From the IMG/VR virus record IMGVR_UViG_3300029258_005088: 64,000 bases of DNA; one strand, given 5' to 3'. Positions within the stretch are counted from its first letter, which is position 1, and each line of letters begins with the position of its first letter. Under the pieces are notes generated by a model. It saw only the letters and a program-made list of their open reading frames with translations. It was not told where the DNA came from and ran no database searches. Shown here piece by piece: positions 45,027 through 54,808 of the stretch. This stretch comes from a virus. The translations under genes were made by a program, and so were the position numbers.

Positions 45027-45730
45027 TTCTTCGCACGTTCCGCCATCTTGGCAAGAGCCTCTTTCTTCTTTTTCTCCTCGTCCGCCTCTCCGGAGGCGAG
45101 TGCGAGTTCCTTTTTCTGCAGCTCGAGTTCCTTCTTCTGCAGAGCTTCCATGGCCTTGAGCCTGTTCTGGATCTTCTTCCGTTCGATGACGGTCATTATC
45201 GTGAGAACGAGGGGAAGGCCTATGGCAACTCCTCCCGCTGCGTAGGCATATGGCTTGATCTGGTTCCAGGTGTCCTGTCCCGCCGATGTTATGCCTCTGT
45301 TGATCTGTCCCTGGATATCCAAGTCGGAGTTTGTCTTATCGACTATCTCCTGAACTTTATCCCGGGCGCGGTTGAGACTGGCGTCCACTAGCTCTCGAGA
45401 ACGCCTATCAGCCAAGTCATAGCTCTTGTTTGTCTGCTCTCTCACTCTTTCCGCAGCGGCGTCGATTATGTCTTCATACTCCCTTTTATACAGTCTTCCT
45501 GTCTCTTCAGCCGTGCGGGCAAGCTCGTCTCGCCACTCTCGTCCCTGGTCTCGCCTGGTACGGCCCACTAGACCTTCCACGCCTTTGGAGACTGCCCAGC
45601 CAGGACCTTCCGTGACAACGGTCTTCGCCACGTTCCATGGCGAGAACTTCTCCTTGAGACTTTCATACAAGCGATCACCGAACCCGGATTCCTTGTGCAT
45701 GTAGCCAGCTATGTATGCTTCGTTGTTCAT
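45023..45730 (-). CDS. Leader-tagged coiled-coil protein with one TM helix
   Basis: MNNEAYIAGYMHKES leader; AYAAGGVAIGLPLVLTIMTVI helix. Confidence 0.65.
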   Translation of the reverse strand: MNNEAYIAGYMHKESGFGDRLYESLKEKFSPWNVAKTVVTEGPGWAVSKGVEGLVGRTRRDQGREWRDELARTAEETGRLYKREYEDIIDAAAERVREQTNKSYDLADRRSRELVDASLNRARDKVQEIVDKTNSDLDIQGQINRGITSAGQDTWNQIKPYAYAAGGVAIGLPLVLTIMTVIERKKIQNRLKAMEALQKKELELQKKELALASGEADEEKKKKEALAKMAERAKK

Positions 45731-45739
45731 ATTGATCCT

Positions 45740-46795
45740 CTACTGTGATTGGTACTCTTTGTCTATCTCCTCGTACCACTTCTCCTTGCTGCGCTCGTCC
45801 TGCCTGCCCTGGGCACGCTGGCTCATGTAGGTCAGTATGGCGGCAGGGATCGAGAGAGAAGCCGCGCCTATGCCGGCACCCACCACCGGCGCGTTCTTGG
45901 AATCGGGCATCGCGAGATCGCCTATCGCACCACCCGCTATCGATCCGGGTATTGCCGCCAGTACGGCGACGAGCGCGGCCCTTGCGGTTGGCGACATCTT
46001 GGATATGACCTCCGGCTCTCCGAGAACCTCCAGCGGCATGGAAGGATCGTCGGTAAGCGCCTTGTCGGCTCTCTTCTTGACGTCCTCCACGCGGGGCCCG
46101 ACGAACTTGTTGCCAATGGTGCCGACCACGGTCTGCGGACCTTTCTTCTTGGCATATTTGACGAGATAACCGTCCATATATCCTACGTTCATGATAGATC
46201 CTTCCTTTATGTTGAACAGCTCCGCGGGCAGTCTCATGCGCTTTCCGGGATCGACGCCTGGATGGTCCATCCGTCTTCCGTTGATTCCCGAACGGGAGGC
46301 CAGGCTCTGCGTGAAAGTGTTGGAGTTCTTGCCCCAGCCCAGAAGATTCTTTATTATTCCGGGATACCGAACGGGATCGTTCTTCGTGTTCCCTCTATAG
46401 GCTCTGCCTCTGGCCATGACCTCGTCGATCTTGTCGTCGAGAATATCCTCCTGAACCTCGGTACGGAACACGGTGGCATCCTCTCCCGGATCGTCGTTTA
46501 CGTACCGACGCACGCGCTCGAGATCCTTTGGATGGTTCCTGTGGTACTTCATCACGGCCCTGCCGAATATGTTCTTGATGATGCCGGCATCCGCGTAACC
46601 ACCGACGACCATTCCCTTGACCCCGTTTCCAAGATCCTGGAGCTTGCCCTTGAATCGCTCGACGTCACGAGGTACGAGAACCATGAACTGATGCCTGAAG
46701 TTACCCGGAGCCGGAACCTTTCGGGAACCGATGTATATGCCCGGAGCAAGCCTCTTTCCTCTGAACTCGTTTCCTGTTTGTCTTACGCCTGGCAT
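45740..46795 (-). CDS. Permuted papain-like domain fused to a leader-tagged membrane module
   Basis: RHQFMV...YP...NSNTF in the N-half. Internal AAGGAAGG RBS and MNVGYMDGYLVKYA at 46192, followed by two hydrophobic helices. Confidence 0.55.
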   Translation of the reverse strand: MPGVRQTGNEFRGKRLAPGIYIGSRKVPAPGNFRHQFMVLVPRDVERFKGKLQDLGNGVKGMVVGGYADAGIIKNIFGRAVMKYHRNHPKDLERVRRYVNDDPGEDATVFRTEVQEDILDDKIDEVMARGRAYRGNTKNDPVRYPGIIKNLLGWGKNSNTFTQSLASRSGINGRRMDHPGVDPGKRMRLPAELFNIKEGSIMNVGYMDGYLVKYAKKKGPQTVVGTIGNKFVGPRVEDVKKRADKALTDDPSMPLEVLGEPEVISKMSPTARAALVAVLAAIPGSIAGGAIGDLAMPDSKNAPVVGAGIGAASLSIPAAILTYMSQRAQGRQDERSKEKWYEEIDKEYQSQ

Positions 46796-46798
46796 GCT

Positions 46799-49700
46799 CT
46801 AATCCTCGACTACTCTTATGGGGTCGTCTATCGTTATCTCGCCTCTGCTGAACGCCATCATGGCCTCCTGCATCGACTTGAATATCCTGGTCTGCCCTTT
46901 CTTCGGCGGCTTCGTCGCGAAGTACAGGCCCTGAAGATACTCGTTCGACGGGGTATAAGCGGGCTTGCCGAATCTGGACGAGATCAGATTCTTCTCTGGC
47001 ATCATCAGCTCATTCGCCTGGTCCACTGCCTTCTGTGATACCGGTACAGTAAAACTAGCAGTATCGCCATCGAAATCCATAGCGAACGGACCAACTATGG
47101 TAGGACTTACCTGAATGGTCTTGCCCTTTGTGAGGACCGGCGTGAACGCCATGTTCGAGTACTTGTGCAGCGTAGGCGCTCTGTTGACCAATACAGGACG
47201 CTTCTTGATGACGGATTGCAAGGCTTTGTACGCCGGAGGGCTCTTGGCTTCCACGGCCTTTGCAGCCTGTGTCGCCGGATATCCCTTGCCTACCATCTCC
47301 CTTACCACGAAATCGCCGTATAGATTCCATGCCAGCTTCTCGGGCATGCCTATCTGGTTAAGCTTCAAGGAGGGGTTTGGAGCTACGACGCCCAGACCGG
47401 ACACGTCTATGTTGGTTCCTATGACGCGGCGCTGAACGAAGCCGAACTTGGGAGATCCCTTGCCGAAGATCTGCTTGAGCATACCGCCTACGTTCTTCTG
47501 CTGGAGCTGTTCCTGGTCCGGATCGGTCATGCCCACCAGAGTGTTGTAGGACTTCCACACGTTTCCCCATGCCTCGGACCGGATGTCCTTGGGCATGCCG
47601 TCGGTATCCTTGTAGTCCTGTATGTTCTCCAGAAGGGTCTTGTAGAGATAGTTCGGATCGGCAACCATCGTCATGTCGCTCTGTCTGGATATCGGGCGGA
47701 ACCTCGGAGGCAGTACGGGGACGCGGGTCATCAGGAAGTCTTCCGGCTTGACGTCGTGTTTCTCCATGGCGTCGATATACCGGAACAACTTCACGGCGTC
47801 GTCTCTCTTGGACTTGGCTCCGTGCTTGATCTGCTCCAGAGTGCGCTGCTTCAACGAAGGCATGTTCACCCTGCTCAGCATGTAGGACAACGCCTCGGAT
47901 CCACTCCTGCCCTCCACCTCGGTGTTTCCGGCGACCATGTCGTCGAATTCCTTCTGCTTCATGCCGAGTATGCGTCGGAGGGGTTCGGACATGATGGGGT
48001 TCGGCATCGGAGCCGGGAGCTTGATGTAAGACCACTTGTCTCCGTTGCCCATGCTCCCCGTGGCCTCTGGATCGAACAGGCCGCCGGGTATGGGTCGGAG
48101 GTTCTTGGCGTCGTAGGTCGACGGGTTCTTGATCTCACGGGCACCGGTCAGTGCCTCCGCCTGATTGTTGGTCATGGCGAATACGCTGTCCTTGTCCTTG
48201 TCCTCGTGCAGGTTGATGCCGGCCGCTCGTATAAGGCTCTTGAACTTCTGATAGACCAATGGAGTATCGGGCTGCGTCGGAGTCTCGCCCAGCTTGAGCT
48301 GTCTCCAGAAATTGCTGTTCTTCTGTCCCTTGATGATCTTGAGATCCTTGAGAACCTGGTCGGCGCCATGGGCCTGCAGAGCCTGTATCTCCATATCTCC
48401 GAGATGCTTGGCTCCTTCCTTTCCGCCGCGTGCCGGTTGATCCTCCGCGGTATACCTGGAAGTGCCTCTGGACTTGCCCTTTCCTTCCGCGGTATGCTGG
48501 AGCTTGTAGACGTAGGTCATGCCGGTCAGAATGCCCGGTATGGTCTTGCCCGTCTTCGGATCGTACAGATCTTCGTTGGCCTTGACGTTGTTCTTGTACG
48601 CCTCTCGGGCGGCGAACTTCTTCATGTCCTCGTCCAGGAACCCCGGCAGCACGTACGGCTTTCCGGTCTTTTCCGCTACCTTGCCCAGAACCACTTCCGA
48701 TTTCTGCGCTGGGTTGGTACGGCTGTGGATGCCGAGTGGCGAGAATATGACGTCGATCGGCCGTCCCTTGGAATCCCTAGGCATGTCTTCGTCCCTGATT
48801 ACCTCGGCGACCACGCCTTTGTTGCCGAAGCGCCCGGAAAGCTTGTCGCCCTCTTCCATGGGGACGTTGGCCCTGACGTTGATGTTGTAGCCTTTCTTGC
48901 TGGGCTCGGCATCGGTGACCACGGCCGGGAACTCGTGCTTCCATACGACGCTGTCGTCCGTACGGGTCTTGCGTCCCATCGACTGGGGCGTGGGCTCTCG
49001 CTCTTTCACGGCCAATACCATGGGATCGCCGTAGTTCACCACGGTACCGGTCTTCACGACCCCGTCGTCTCCTATGGTGCCGAGCTGGGACTTGCTGAAT
49101 CTGGATGGGTACAGGGCCTGGAACTTGGCTTTGTCCGTGAACACGTCTTTGTCCTTCTCGAACTTTGTCGTGTACATGTGCTCTGACGTCAGCTTTTCCT
49201 TTGCGGCGGACTGGGATATGACGACGGCGTCCTCGAACACCTTTCCGTCGTAGTTCAGATAGGCCACGCGAAGGTTCGTTCCCAGTGCGGATACGCCATC
49301 CGGATCCGTATAGTTCGAAGTCGCAAGTACTGCGCCTTTTCCCACCTTCTGGCCAGCCTTTACCTTGGGAGTGTTCCTGATGAAGGTCTTGCGGGCATAC
49401 GGGTGGTTGTCGTAAAGGTCTATGGTCTCTTCCGTTCCGTCGTCGTAGGACATCTTGAGGTGATCCTTGTAGACCGCCTTGACGACGCCCGGTTTGGAAG
49501 CTTTCACCGCGCCCATGTAAACGCCCATGCGCTCCTCCTCGGAACCTCCCTTGGGATTGGAAGTCCTTACGAGAGGGGCCTGACGACCAACCAGAGGAAG
49601 TGCCTGTCTGGCGAACTTGTTCCCCATCAGCAGGCGCATGCCTTTGACGCCCGACTTCAACGGAACCAGGTTGGCGGTATCCGAGAACATCTCGTCGCCG

Positions 49701-51205
49701 TCGGGAAGCAGGTAGTCCAGGTCTTTCTTGTGGACGTACTTCATGTCGCGTCCCTTGGACAGAGTCGGTACGTACGAGTCTCCGGGCTCCGACGATCCGG
49801 GCATGCCTATGTTGGCTTCCGTGGCGTCTCTCACGCCCACCCATTCCTTCTTGCCGGTCTTCGCATTGATGAGCTGGGTGTAAAGCTGCCTGTCGGGACC
49901 GCGTCTGACGTTTCTGGCCAGGCGCATGTCGAGACCTATGCGGAGCGACTCCGGGGCCACCACGGGATCGATGTAGCCGAGGTACGACGGTTGTACGTTT
50001 CTGGACTCCTTCGGCGCGGAGTCTATGCTGGGAAGGGCACCCTCTCCGAGGCGGCTGACTCGAACGTTCTGGTCGTAGATGTCGGAGGGATTGATCTCTT
50101 CGATTGCCTGAGCCACTCCCGTGGCAGTGAACAGATGGCTGACGTGCGCGTCCAGAAGGGAAGGCGGTATCTTCTTCATGTCCTGACCGCGGCCGGTAAG
50201 CTTCCACAGAACCTTGCGCAGGGCGCCGCCCTGATCGTTCTTGATCTTCTCCGCCAGGAAATCGGAGACGTCGTATATGTCCTGGTACGCAAGGCTGTCG
50301 CGGCTATCTGTATCGGCTTTGCCTTTGCCAACGTTCAGTATCTTGGTCGTAGCCGCCATGATGGCTTCCGGAGTGGCGTTCATGTACTCGGTTCCCAGCG
50401 TCCGCCGAGTTACCCTGGGACTGAGCTCGGTCCTCGAGAACTCGCCTATGACGTTGGCCTGGAATTCCGGATCGTAATCGGTCTCGGAAGCCTGCTTGTC
50501 CATGTTCTTGAACCCGACTGCCTTGATGAGTTCCTCTCTGGCCTCGTCCCTCTGGGGACGGAACTGCTTCAGGAAATTGACTGCGTAGGGGCTGTTCTGC
50601 AGAGCTTTGTTCTTCTCCGCGAGCTCCTTGCCCCACGTCTTCTCTATGCGTTCGTGAGGAATGCCCATGGCTCTGAGCACGGGGTACATCGGAACCTTGC
50701 GTCCCTTGTAGCGCATGAAGAAATGCCCGCTGCCCGGTTCCATGTATACTCTGAAGCTCGATCCGGTACGGGGTTTGGCATTGAACTGGGCCTCGATGTT
50801 TCCGTCGTCGGTAACCCTGGTGTATACACCGGGCACGAGACGAAACTGCTTCGCTATGGTGTATTCGACGCCCTTGCGGATGTAGGTCCCTCTGTCCGTA
50901 AGGTGAGGGACGTTCATCAGGCGCTTCTGGTTCGTCCTTCCTACTACGGTGCCCGTGGCGTTGTCCACGAGCTCGTAATTACCGACGAGCTTGTCCGATA
51001 GGGATTGTCCGGCCAGTATGGCCTTCTTCTGATCCTTGAGGGAGAAGCTGTCCTTGCCGGAGAACTTTGGATTTACCACGCGCAGAGTGAACTGCTCGTT
51101 AACTGCCGGGGGCGACTCCTGAACCGCTTTCAGGACTTTGTCCCGGAGGTCCTGGCGAACCCTGGGATAGTCCGTATAATCGAGAAGTTGTTGTTCGTTC
51201 ATCAC
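46799..51205 (-). CDS. rpoB: DNA-directed RNA polymerase beta fused to the N-terminal half of beta-prime
   Basis: Beta motifs: YLGYIDPVVAPES, LLMGNKFARQA, GDKLSGRFGNKGVV, YKLQH...GDMEIQAL. Then beta-prime motifs: GGLFD, PVLPPRFRP, NRAPTLH and the catalytic loop AMDFDGD (47063-47083). Confidence 0.95.
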   Translation of the reverse strand: MMNEQQLLDYTDYPRVRQDLRDKVLKAVQESPPAVNEQFTLRVVNPKFSGKDSFSLKDQKKAILAGQSLSDKLVGNYELVDNATGTVVGRTNQKRLMNVPHLTDRGTYIRKGVEYTIAKQFRLVPGVYTRVTDDGNIEAQFNAKPRTGSSFRVYMEPGSGHFFMRYKGRKVPMYPVLRAMGIPHERIEKTWGKELAEKNKALQNSPYAVNFLKQFRPQRDEAREELIKAVGFKNMDKQASETDYDPEFQANVIGEFSRTELSPRVTRRTLGTEYMNATPEAIMAATTKILNVGKGKADTDSRDSLAYQDIYDVSDFLAEKIKNDQGGALRKVLWKLTGRGQDMKKIPPSLLDAHVSHLFTATGVAQAIEEINPSDIYDQNVRVSRLGEGALPSIDSAPKESRNVQPSYLGYIDPVVAPESLRIGLDMRLARNVRRGPDRQLYTQLINAKTGKKEWVGVRDATEANIGMPGSSEPGDSYVPTLSKGRDMKYVHKKDLDYLLPDGDEMFSDTANLVPLKSGVKGMRLLMGNKFARQALPLVGRQAPLVRTSNPKGGSEEERMGVYMGAVKASKPGVVKAVYKDHLKMSYDDGTEETIDLYDNHPYARKTFIRNTPKVKAGQKVGKGAVLATSNYTDPDGVSALGTNLRVAYLNYDGKVFEDAVVISQSAAKEKLTSEHMYTTKFEKDKDVFTDKAKFQALYPSRFSKSQLGTIGDDGVVKTGTVVNYGDPMVLAVKEREPTPQSMGRKTRTDDSVVWKHEFPAVVTDAEPSKKGYNINVRANVPMEEGDKLSGRFGNKGVVAEVIRDEDMPRDSKGRPIDVIFSPLGIHSRTNPAQKSEVVLGKVAEKTGKPYVLPGFLDEDMKKFAAREAYKNNVKANEDLYDPKTGKTIPGILTGMTYVYKLQHTAEGKGKSRGTSRYTAEDQPARGGKEGAKHLGDMEIQALQAHGADQVLKDLKIIKGQKNSNFWRQLKLGETPTQPDTPLVYQKFKSLIRAAGINLHEDKDKDSVFAMTNNQAEALTGAREIKNPSTYDAKNLRPIPGGLFDPEATGSMGNGDKWSYIKLPAPMPNPIMSEPLRRILGMKQKEFDDMVAGNTEVEGRSGSEALSYMLSRVNMPSLKQRTLEQIKHGAKSKRDDAVKLFRYIDAMEKHDVKPEDFLMTRVPVLPPRFRPISRQSDMTMVADPNYLYKTLLENIQDYKDTDGMPKDIRSEAWGNVWKSYNTLVGMTDPDQEQLQQKNVGGMLKQIFGKGSPKFGFVQRRVIGTNIDVSGLGVVAPNPSLKLNQIGMPEKLAWNLYGDFVVREMVGKGYPATQAAKAVEAKSPPAYKALQSVIKKRPVLVNRAPTLHKYSNMAFTPVLTKGKTIQVSPTIVGPFAMDFDGDTASFTVPVSQKAVDQANELMMPEKNLISSRFGKPAYTPSNEYLQGLYFATKPPKKGQTRIFKSMQEAMMAFSRGEITIDDPIRVVED

Positions 51206-51208
51206 TCA

Positions 51209-52318
51209 TCACGTTGTTAGCAGGTGTGCGTAAGGATCATCCTTGTCCACTGCGGGTTTCTTTCCCATGTCTTCGGCCAGCGACTGAGTCGGCTGCTTCG
51301 GAGTTACCACAGGCGGTTTGGGCAACGGCTTCGGCGCGGGGGCCGCTTGCACCTGCTCCGTCGAGATGTCTCTGGTCTTCGGAGGCGTAGGCATCTGGGA
51401 AACGTCCATAAGCACTGGCGCTTCCTTGGACTTGGCTCGTTCCTTCGCGATCTCCTTGAGCTGCTTGACGCGGCGTCTGTTCGGATCCTTCAGGTCGCCG
51501 TAGGTCTTTGCGGCTTTGTAGGTCAGCGCGAACGACGCAACCGCCCAGAGCCACCACAGGGTCTCGACGCCCTTGAACAGGCGGCCGGGATCCGTCAGAG
51601 TTTCCCACAGGCTAGGCTCTCCTGTCGGGGAGCTGCTGACGGAAGGAGTTCCTCTATACGGATTGGCTCCGATATTCGTGGGAGACAGTCGCTCGTTAGC
51701 CTCTTTTTGATTGGTATTCTTCTTCTGGAGCTCTTCGTATAGTAGCTTGTCGATATCGTCCTCTGCCTTGCCTACACGATCCGCGAGCTCCTGAGCACGC
51801 CTTTTGTCCTCTACGTAGTCTGCGAGCTTCCATCCAGCGGTGCCTCCGATTACGGCAGCCGCCGCGGCAAGAGCCAGATGGGCTGGATCCTGAGATCCCC
51901 ACAGCGTCTTCTTGACGAGGTTCTTGGCGGGCTTGGCCGCAGTGAACATACCGGAGGTAGCGGCCTTCTGCTGAAGCTCTCGGATCAATTCCGCATTGGA
52001 TACGCCCGGAGCGGCGTCTTCCTTCTCCTTCTCAGGATCCTCGTCGGGGTCCGCGCTAAGGGTCGGATATTTTGCGGCCGCATAGCTCTTGAGTTTGTCC
52101 TGGGTCTTCTCCGAGTCCAGCTGAGTCTTGTAGTGCATGAGCTTTCTCAAGACAACGGCCAGTCCGCCGTAGCCCAGAGCCAGTCCGCCTGCATGATGCA
52201 ATGCCCTGGACATGGGCGATGCATTCGGAGGCGTCAGGATGTCGTCGTACTCAAAAGGGTTGAACAAGGTATTCAACGTTCTCTTGAAATACTCAGCTTC
52301 CGCCGTCTTCTTCATCAT
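51209..52318 (-). CDS. KxA-containing membrane-helix protein
   Basis: Start reassigned to ATG 52318 (MMKKTAE; 369 aa). Three hydrophobic segments; KxA motifs separate the modules (QKAAT, QKEAN). Confidence 0.6.
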   Translation of the reverse strand: MMKKTAEAEYFKRTLNTLFNPFEYDDILTPPNASPMSRALHHAGGLALGYGGLAVVLRKLMHYKTQLDSEKTQDKLKSYAAAKYPTLSADPDEDPEKEKEDAAPGVSNAELIRELQQKAATSGMFTAAKPAKNLVKKTLWGSQDPAHLALAAAAAVIGGTAGWKLADYVEDKRRAQELADRVGKAEDDIDKLLYEELQKKNTNQKEANERLSPTNIGANPYRGTPSVSSSPTGEPSLWETLTDPGRLFKGVETLWWLWAVASFALTYKAAKTYGDLKDPNRRRVKQLKEIAKERAKSKEAPVLMDVSQMPTPPKTRDISTEQVQAAPAPKPLPKPPVVTPKQPTQSLAEDMGKKPAVDKDDPYAHLLTT

Positions 52319-52955
52319 CTGCGAAGGGTGCCCCGAGTTCGGGGAGGAGGTCTCCGAAGGCTGAGATCGCCTCGTCGAAGGTCCCGTATCTGGATGGTAT
52401 GTCATCGTTCGACTCCACTTGGTTGGAATCCTTGTTCTCGTTCAAATCGTCTGCAGCCACTTTTGCGAGGTCCGCGGGCTGCTGTATCGGAGGATCGTCC
52501 TCGCGTAGCTTCTTCGGGGGAACTGGCTTGGGGAGCCTTCCTCCGCTGGCCTTCGCCTGCTCCCGCACGTTCCTGAGAGCCGTCGAAGGAGGTCCGTAAT
52601 AAGGCTCCATCCAACGAATGAGGATGCGCCAGCTCTTGATGTCGTCGTCGTAGACCTTTTCCTCGTAGGACACGATGGCCTGCTGTCTGCATATCTTCTC
52701 GCATAGCGCCCGGTACTGCTTCATGTCCTCTTCTTCGGCCAGGTTCCATTGAGCGACACAGGCATTGTTCCTGAGCTGAGGCCGTAGATGTTCGGGATCG
52801 TCCTCTTTGTAATCGAGCACGGGACCTATGTACGGGAGCTGTACCCCGTCGTCGGTCTCGTAGAAATGCTCTCCGGCGGCATCCGTTACCAGCGTGCCGT
52901 ATCTCTGAAGAGGATTTCTTCTGCTGTGAGGGTTAGATATGAAGCGTTCGTGCAC
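52293..52955 (-). CDS. Hypothetical protein
   Basis: Start reassigned to GTG 52955 with AAGGA upstream (220 aa); globular N-half and acidic tail. Confidence 0.55.
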   Translation of the reverse strand: MHERFISNPHSRRNPLQRYGTLVTDAAGEHFYETDDGVQLPYIGPVLDYKEDDPEHLRPQLRNNACVAQWNLAEEEDMKQYRALCEKICRQQAIVSYEEKVYDDDIKSWRILIRWMEPYYGPPSTALRNVREQAKASGGRLPKPVPPKKLREDDPPIQQPADLAKVAADDLNENKDSNQVESNDDIPSRYGTFDEAISAFGDLLPELGAPFADDEEDGGS

Positions 52956-53277
52956 TTGGGTTTTCCTTTTCGGCCAAAGCCTGCTGTCCTTCGATCTCTT
53001 CCTGTTTCCTGCGGCGCTCGAGTTCCGCGATGAACTCTTCGAGCTCGGCCGCCTCGAGGGCCTTCTGGACGGCTTCTTCATCCATCGGAGACGGACTCGT
53101 GATCTTCGAGTGAGTCAGGCCGGCACCCGCTCCGAGAAGGATGGGAGCGACCAGAAAGTAAGGAGCCAGGCTCTCTGCGACTTCCTTGCCCGTCCTTACC
53201 GTTTCGGCACCCCCTCTGAGGAGAGATGGGTATGCTTCCTTGTGCATGTATCCGTCTAGATATGCCTGTTTGTTCAT
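52933..53277 (-). CDS. Leader-tagged small TM protein
   Basis: MNKQAYLDGYMHKEA leader; YFLVAPILLGAGAGL helix. Confidence 0.7.
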   Translation of the reverse strand: MNKQAYLDGYMHKEAYPSLLRGGAETVRTGKEVAESLAPYFLVAPILLGAGAGLTHSKITSPSPMDEEAVQKALEAAELEEFIAELERRRKQEEIEGQQALAEKENPSARTLHI

Positions 53278-54083
53278 CGTCCGATCTCCGAAAAAATTCC
53301 AGTGTTTATGATGCCGCCTGCGAGAGCGCCCACTCGGCTGAGTCTCTTGGTAACGGGACTTGGAAGCGCGAGCATCGTACTGGCGGCCCGCCCGAAGACG
53401 TAACCCGTGGCGGCGCCTACTCCAAGGCGTACGGCGGATCGCATGAGAGCCTTTCCGCTGGTGAGACCGCTGCTCGAGTTCTCCGCACCTTCTATTATTA
53501 TATCCGTTATTTCCTTTTGTGGTAGCGTAAGGAAAGGATCTTCGTTGATGAGATCCAGAGATTTGGATATGGGAACTCGAGACTGCTCGAAAGTCGACGG
53601 GATACCATCACTGTAGGACGCCGTCTTCTTGAACGATCTGCCGCTGGAGTATCGACGGGTAGGCGTGTACTGCACGCTCTCCTGGCGTTCCTTTATCCGC
53701 TTCTTGAGGTCTTCCTGGATCTCGGGCCGTTCCCAGTACTTGCGGCCTTCCACGAAACTGTCTTTGAGACCCTCGGCTCCATGTCGTACGTCGAGGTGCT
53801 TCTGGAGGCCATAGGTCGTTCCCGCGATTCCGCCCATACCCGCCATGAGCTTCTGCGCGAGCTCCAGCGTATCGGATGCGTTGTATTCCCGGAGGATGTC
53901 GGCTTTCTCCTGCTCGGTCTTGCCCATCATCATCATGTCTATGAGACGGGGGACGACGAGGCCGGCGCCCATATAGCCCGTGATGGCTCCCGCAGTGCCT
54001 AGAGCCGGAGCCTCTATCCAGGGCTTGGAGCCTATGGTGTTGCCGTAGGCCTTGGTGATCTTCTGTATGGCTTCTTTGTTCAT
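53274..54083 (-). CDS. Glycine-zipper membrane-helix protein
   Basis: 269 aa; two pairs of Gly-rich hydrophobic helices split by FKKTAS. Confidence 0.65.
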   Translation of the reverse strand: MNKEAIQKITKAYGNTIGSKPWIEAPALGTAGAITGYMGAGLVVPRLIDMMMMGKTEQEKADILREYNASDTLELAQKLMAGMGGIAGTTYGLQKHLDVRHGAEGLKDSFVEGRKYWERPEIQEDLKKRIKERQESVQYTPTRRYSSGRSFKKTASYSDGIPSTFEQSRVPISKSLDLINEDPFLTLPQKEITDIIIEGAENSSSGLTSGKALMRSAVRLGVGAATGYVFGRAASTMLALPSPVTKRLSRVGALAGGIINTGIFSEIGR

Positions 54084-54808
54084 CTGTTACCTACCATGTT
54101 CAACCGCATCGGCTTTTGCTGGGCCTGAAGTTGGTTTATCTGCGCCTGGAGCTTGGCTATCTCCGACTGTGACGCGCCCTGGTTCTTTCGTCTGAAAAGC
54201 GTGGCCAGCAGGAATACGAGAGCCCCTCCCCCGAGAAGCCACGGACCGTACTTGGTGACGTACCCGCCTATCTTCTTGTTCATCTCCGCCTTGATCTTCG
54301 GTATGGCCTCTTTCTGTATGATCTCGCGGGCCTTGGGACTGATGGAGTAATACTTCTTCGCCGTCGTGTAATCGCCTCTGGCAGCCTCTTCGCGTATCTT
54401 CTGCTCCACGCCTGCCTGCATGGTGTCGTACACCGACTGAGGCAGTCTCTTGGTGAGCTCGTCCATGGGCTCGGGCTTGTACGGATCCAGAAGCCATCCG
54501 TAGTCTTTGTTGTTCTTCAACGCCCACTTGGTCATCGTCCTGTCGAAGTACCCTTGATGCGGACTGACCCAGTTGGGATCCGGACCCTGACGGACTACCG
54601 GAGCCATTTCCTTGACCTTGTCGATTCCCCGGGAAGCCACGTCCATGGCTTTGTCCGCCCAGGACTGCTTGGCGGCGTTCCACTTGTCGATGTACTTTCC
54701 GAGATCTACCTCCGGAACGTCTCCCTCGGGAGGCTTCGGAGGCGTCGGAGCCGCAGGACCTGCCGCGCTCTTGCAGATATACCCTTGTATGAAAGCTGTC
54801 GTATTCAT
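54080..54808 (-). CDS. Leader-tagged protein with a C-terminal TM helix
   Basis: MNTTAFIQGYICKSA leader; PWLLGGGALVFLLATLF helix. Confidence 0.65.
   Translation of the reverse strand: MNTTAFIQGYICKSAAGPAAPTPPKPPEGDVPEVDLGKYIDKWNAAKQSWADKAMDVASRGIDKVKEMAPVVRQGPDPNWVSPHQGYFDRTMTKWALKNNKDYGWLLDPYKPEPMDELTKRLPQSVYDTMQAGVEQKIREEAARGDYTTAKKYYSISPKAREIIQKEAIPKIKAEMNKKIGGYVTKYGPWLLGGGALVFLLATLFRRKNQGASQSEIAKLQAQINQLQAQQKPMRLNMVGNR

Noticed and set aside
47756-51001. Plus-strand ORFs of 476 and 532 aa, and a 476-aa alternate-frame minus ORF, over the RNAP gene
   Set aside because: Shadow frames with Arg/Gly/Leu-rich composition typical of non-coding frames.
32379-51205. Host chromosomal rpoBC operon
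   Set aside because: No ribosomal protein or nusG neighbours; the genes are fused and split, highly divergent, and embedded among virion genes.
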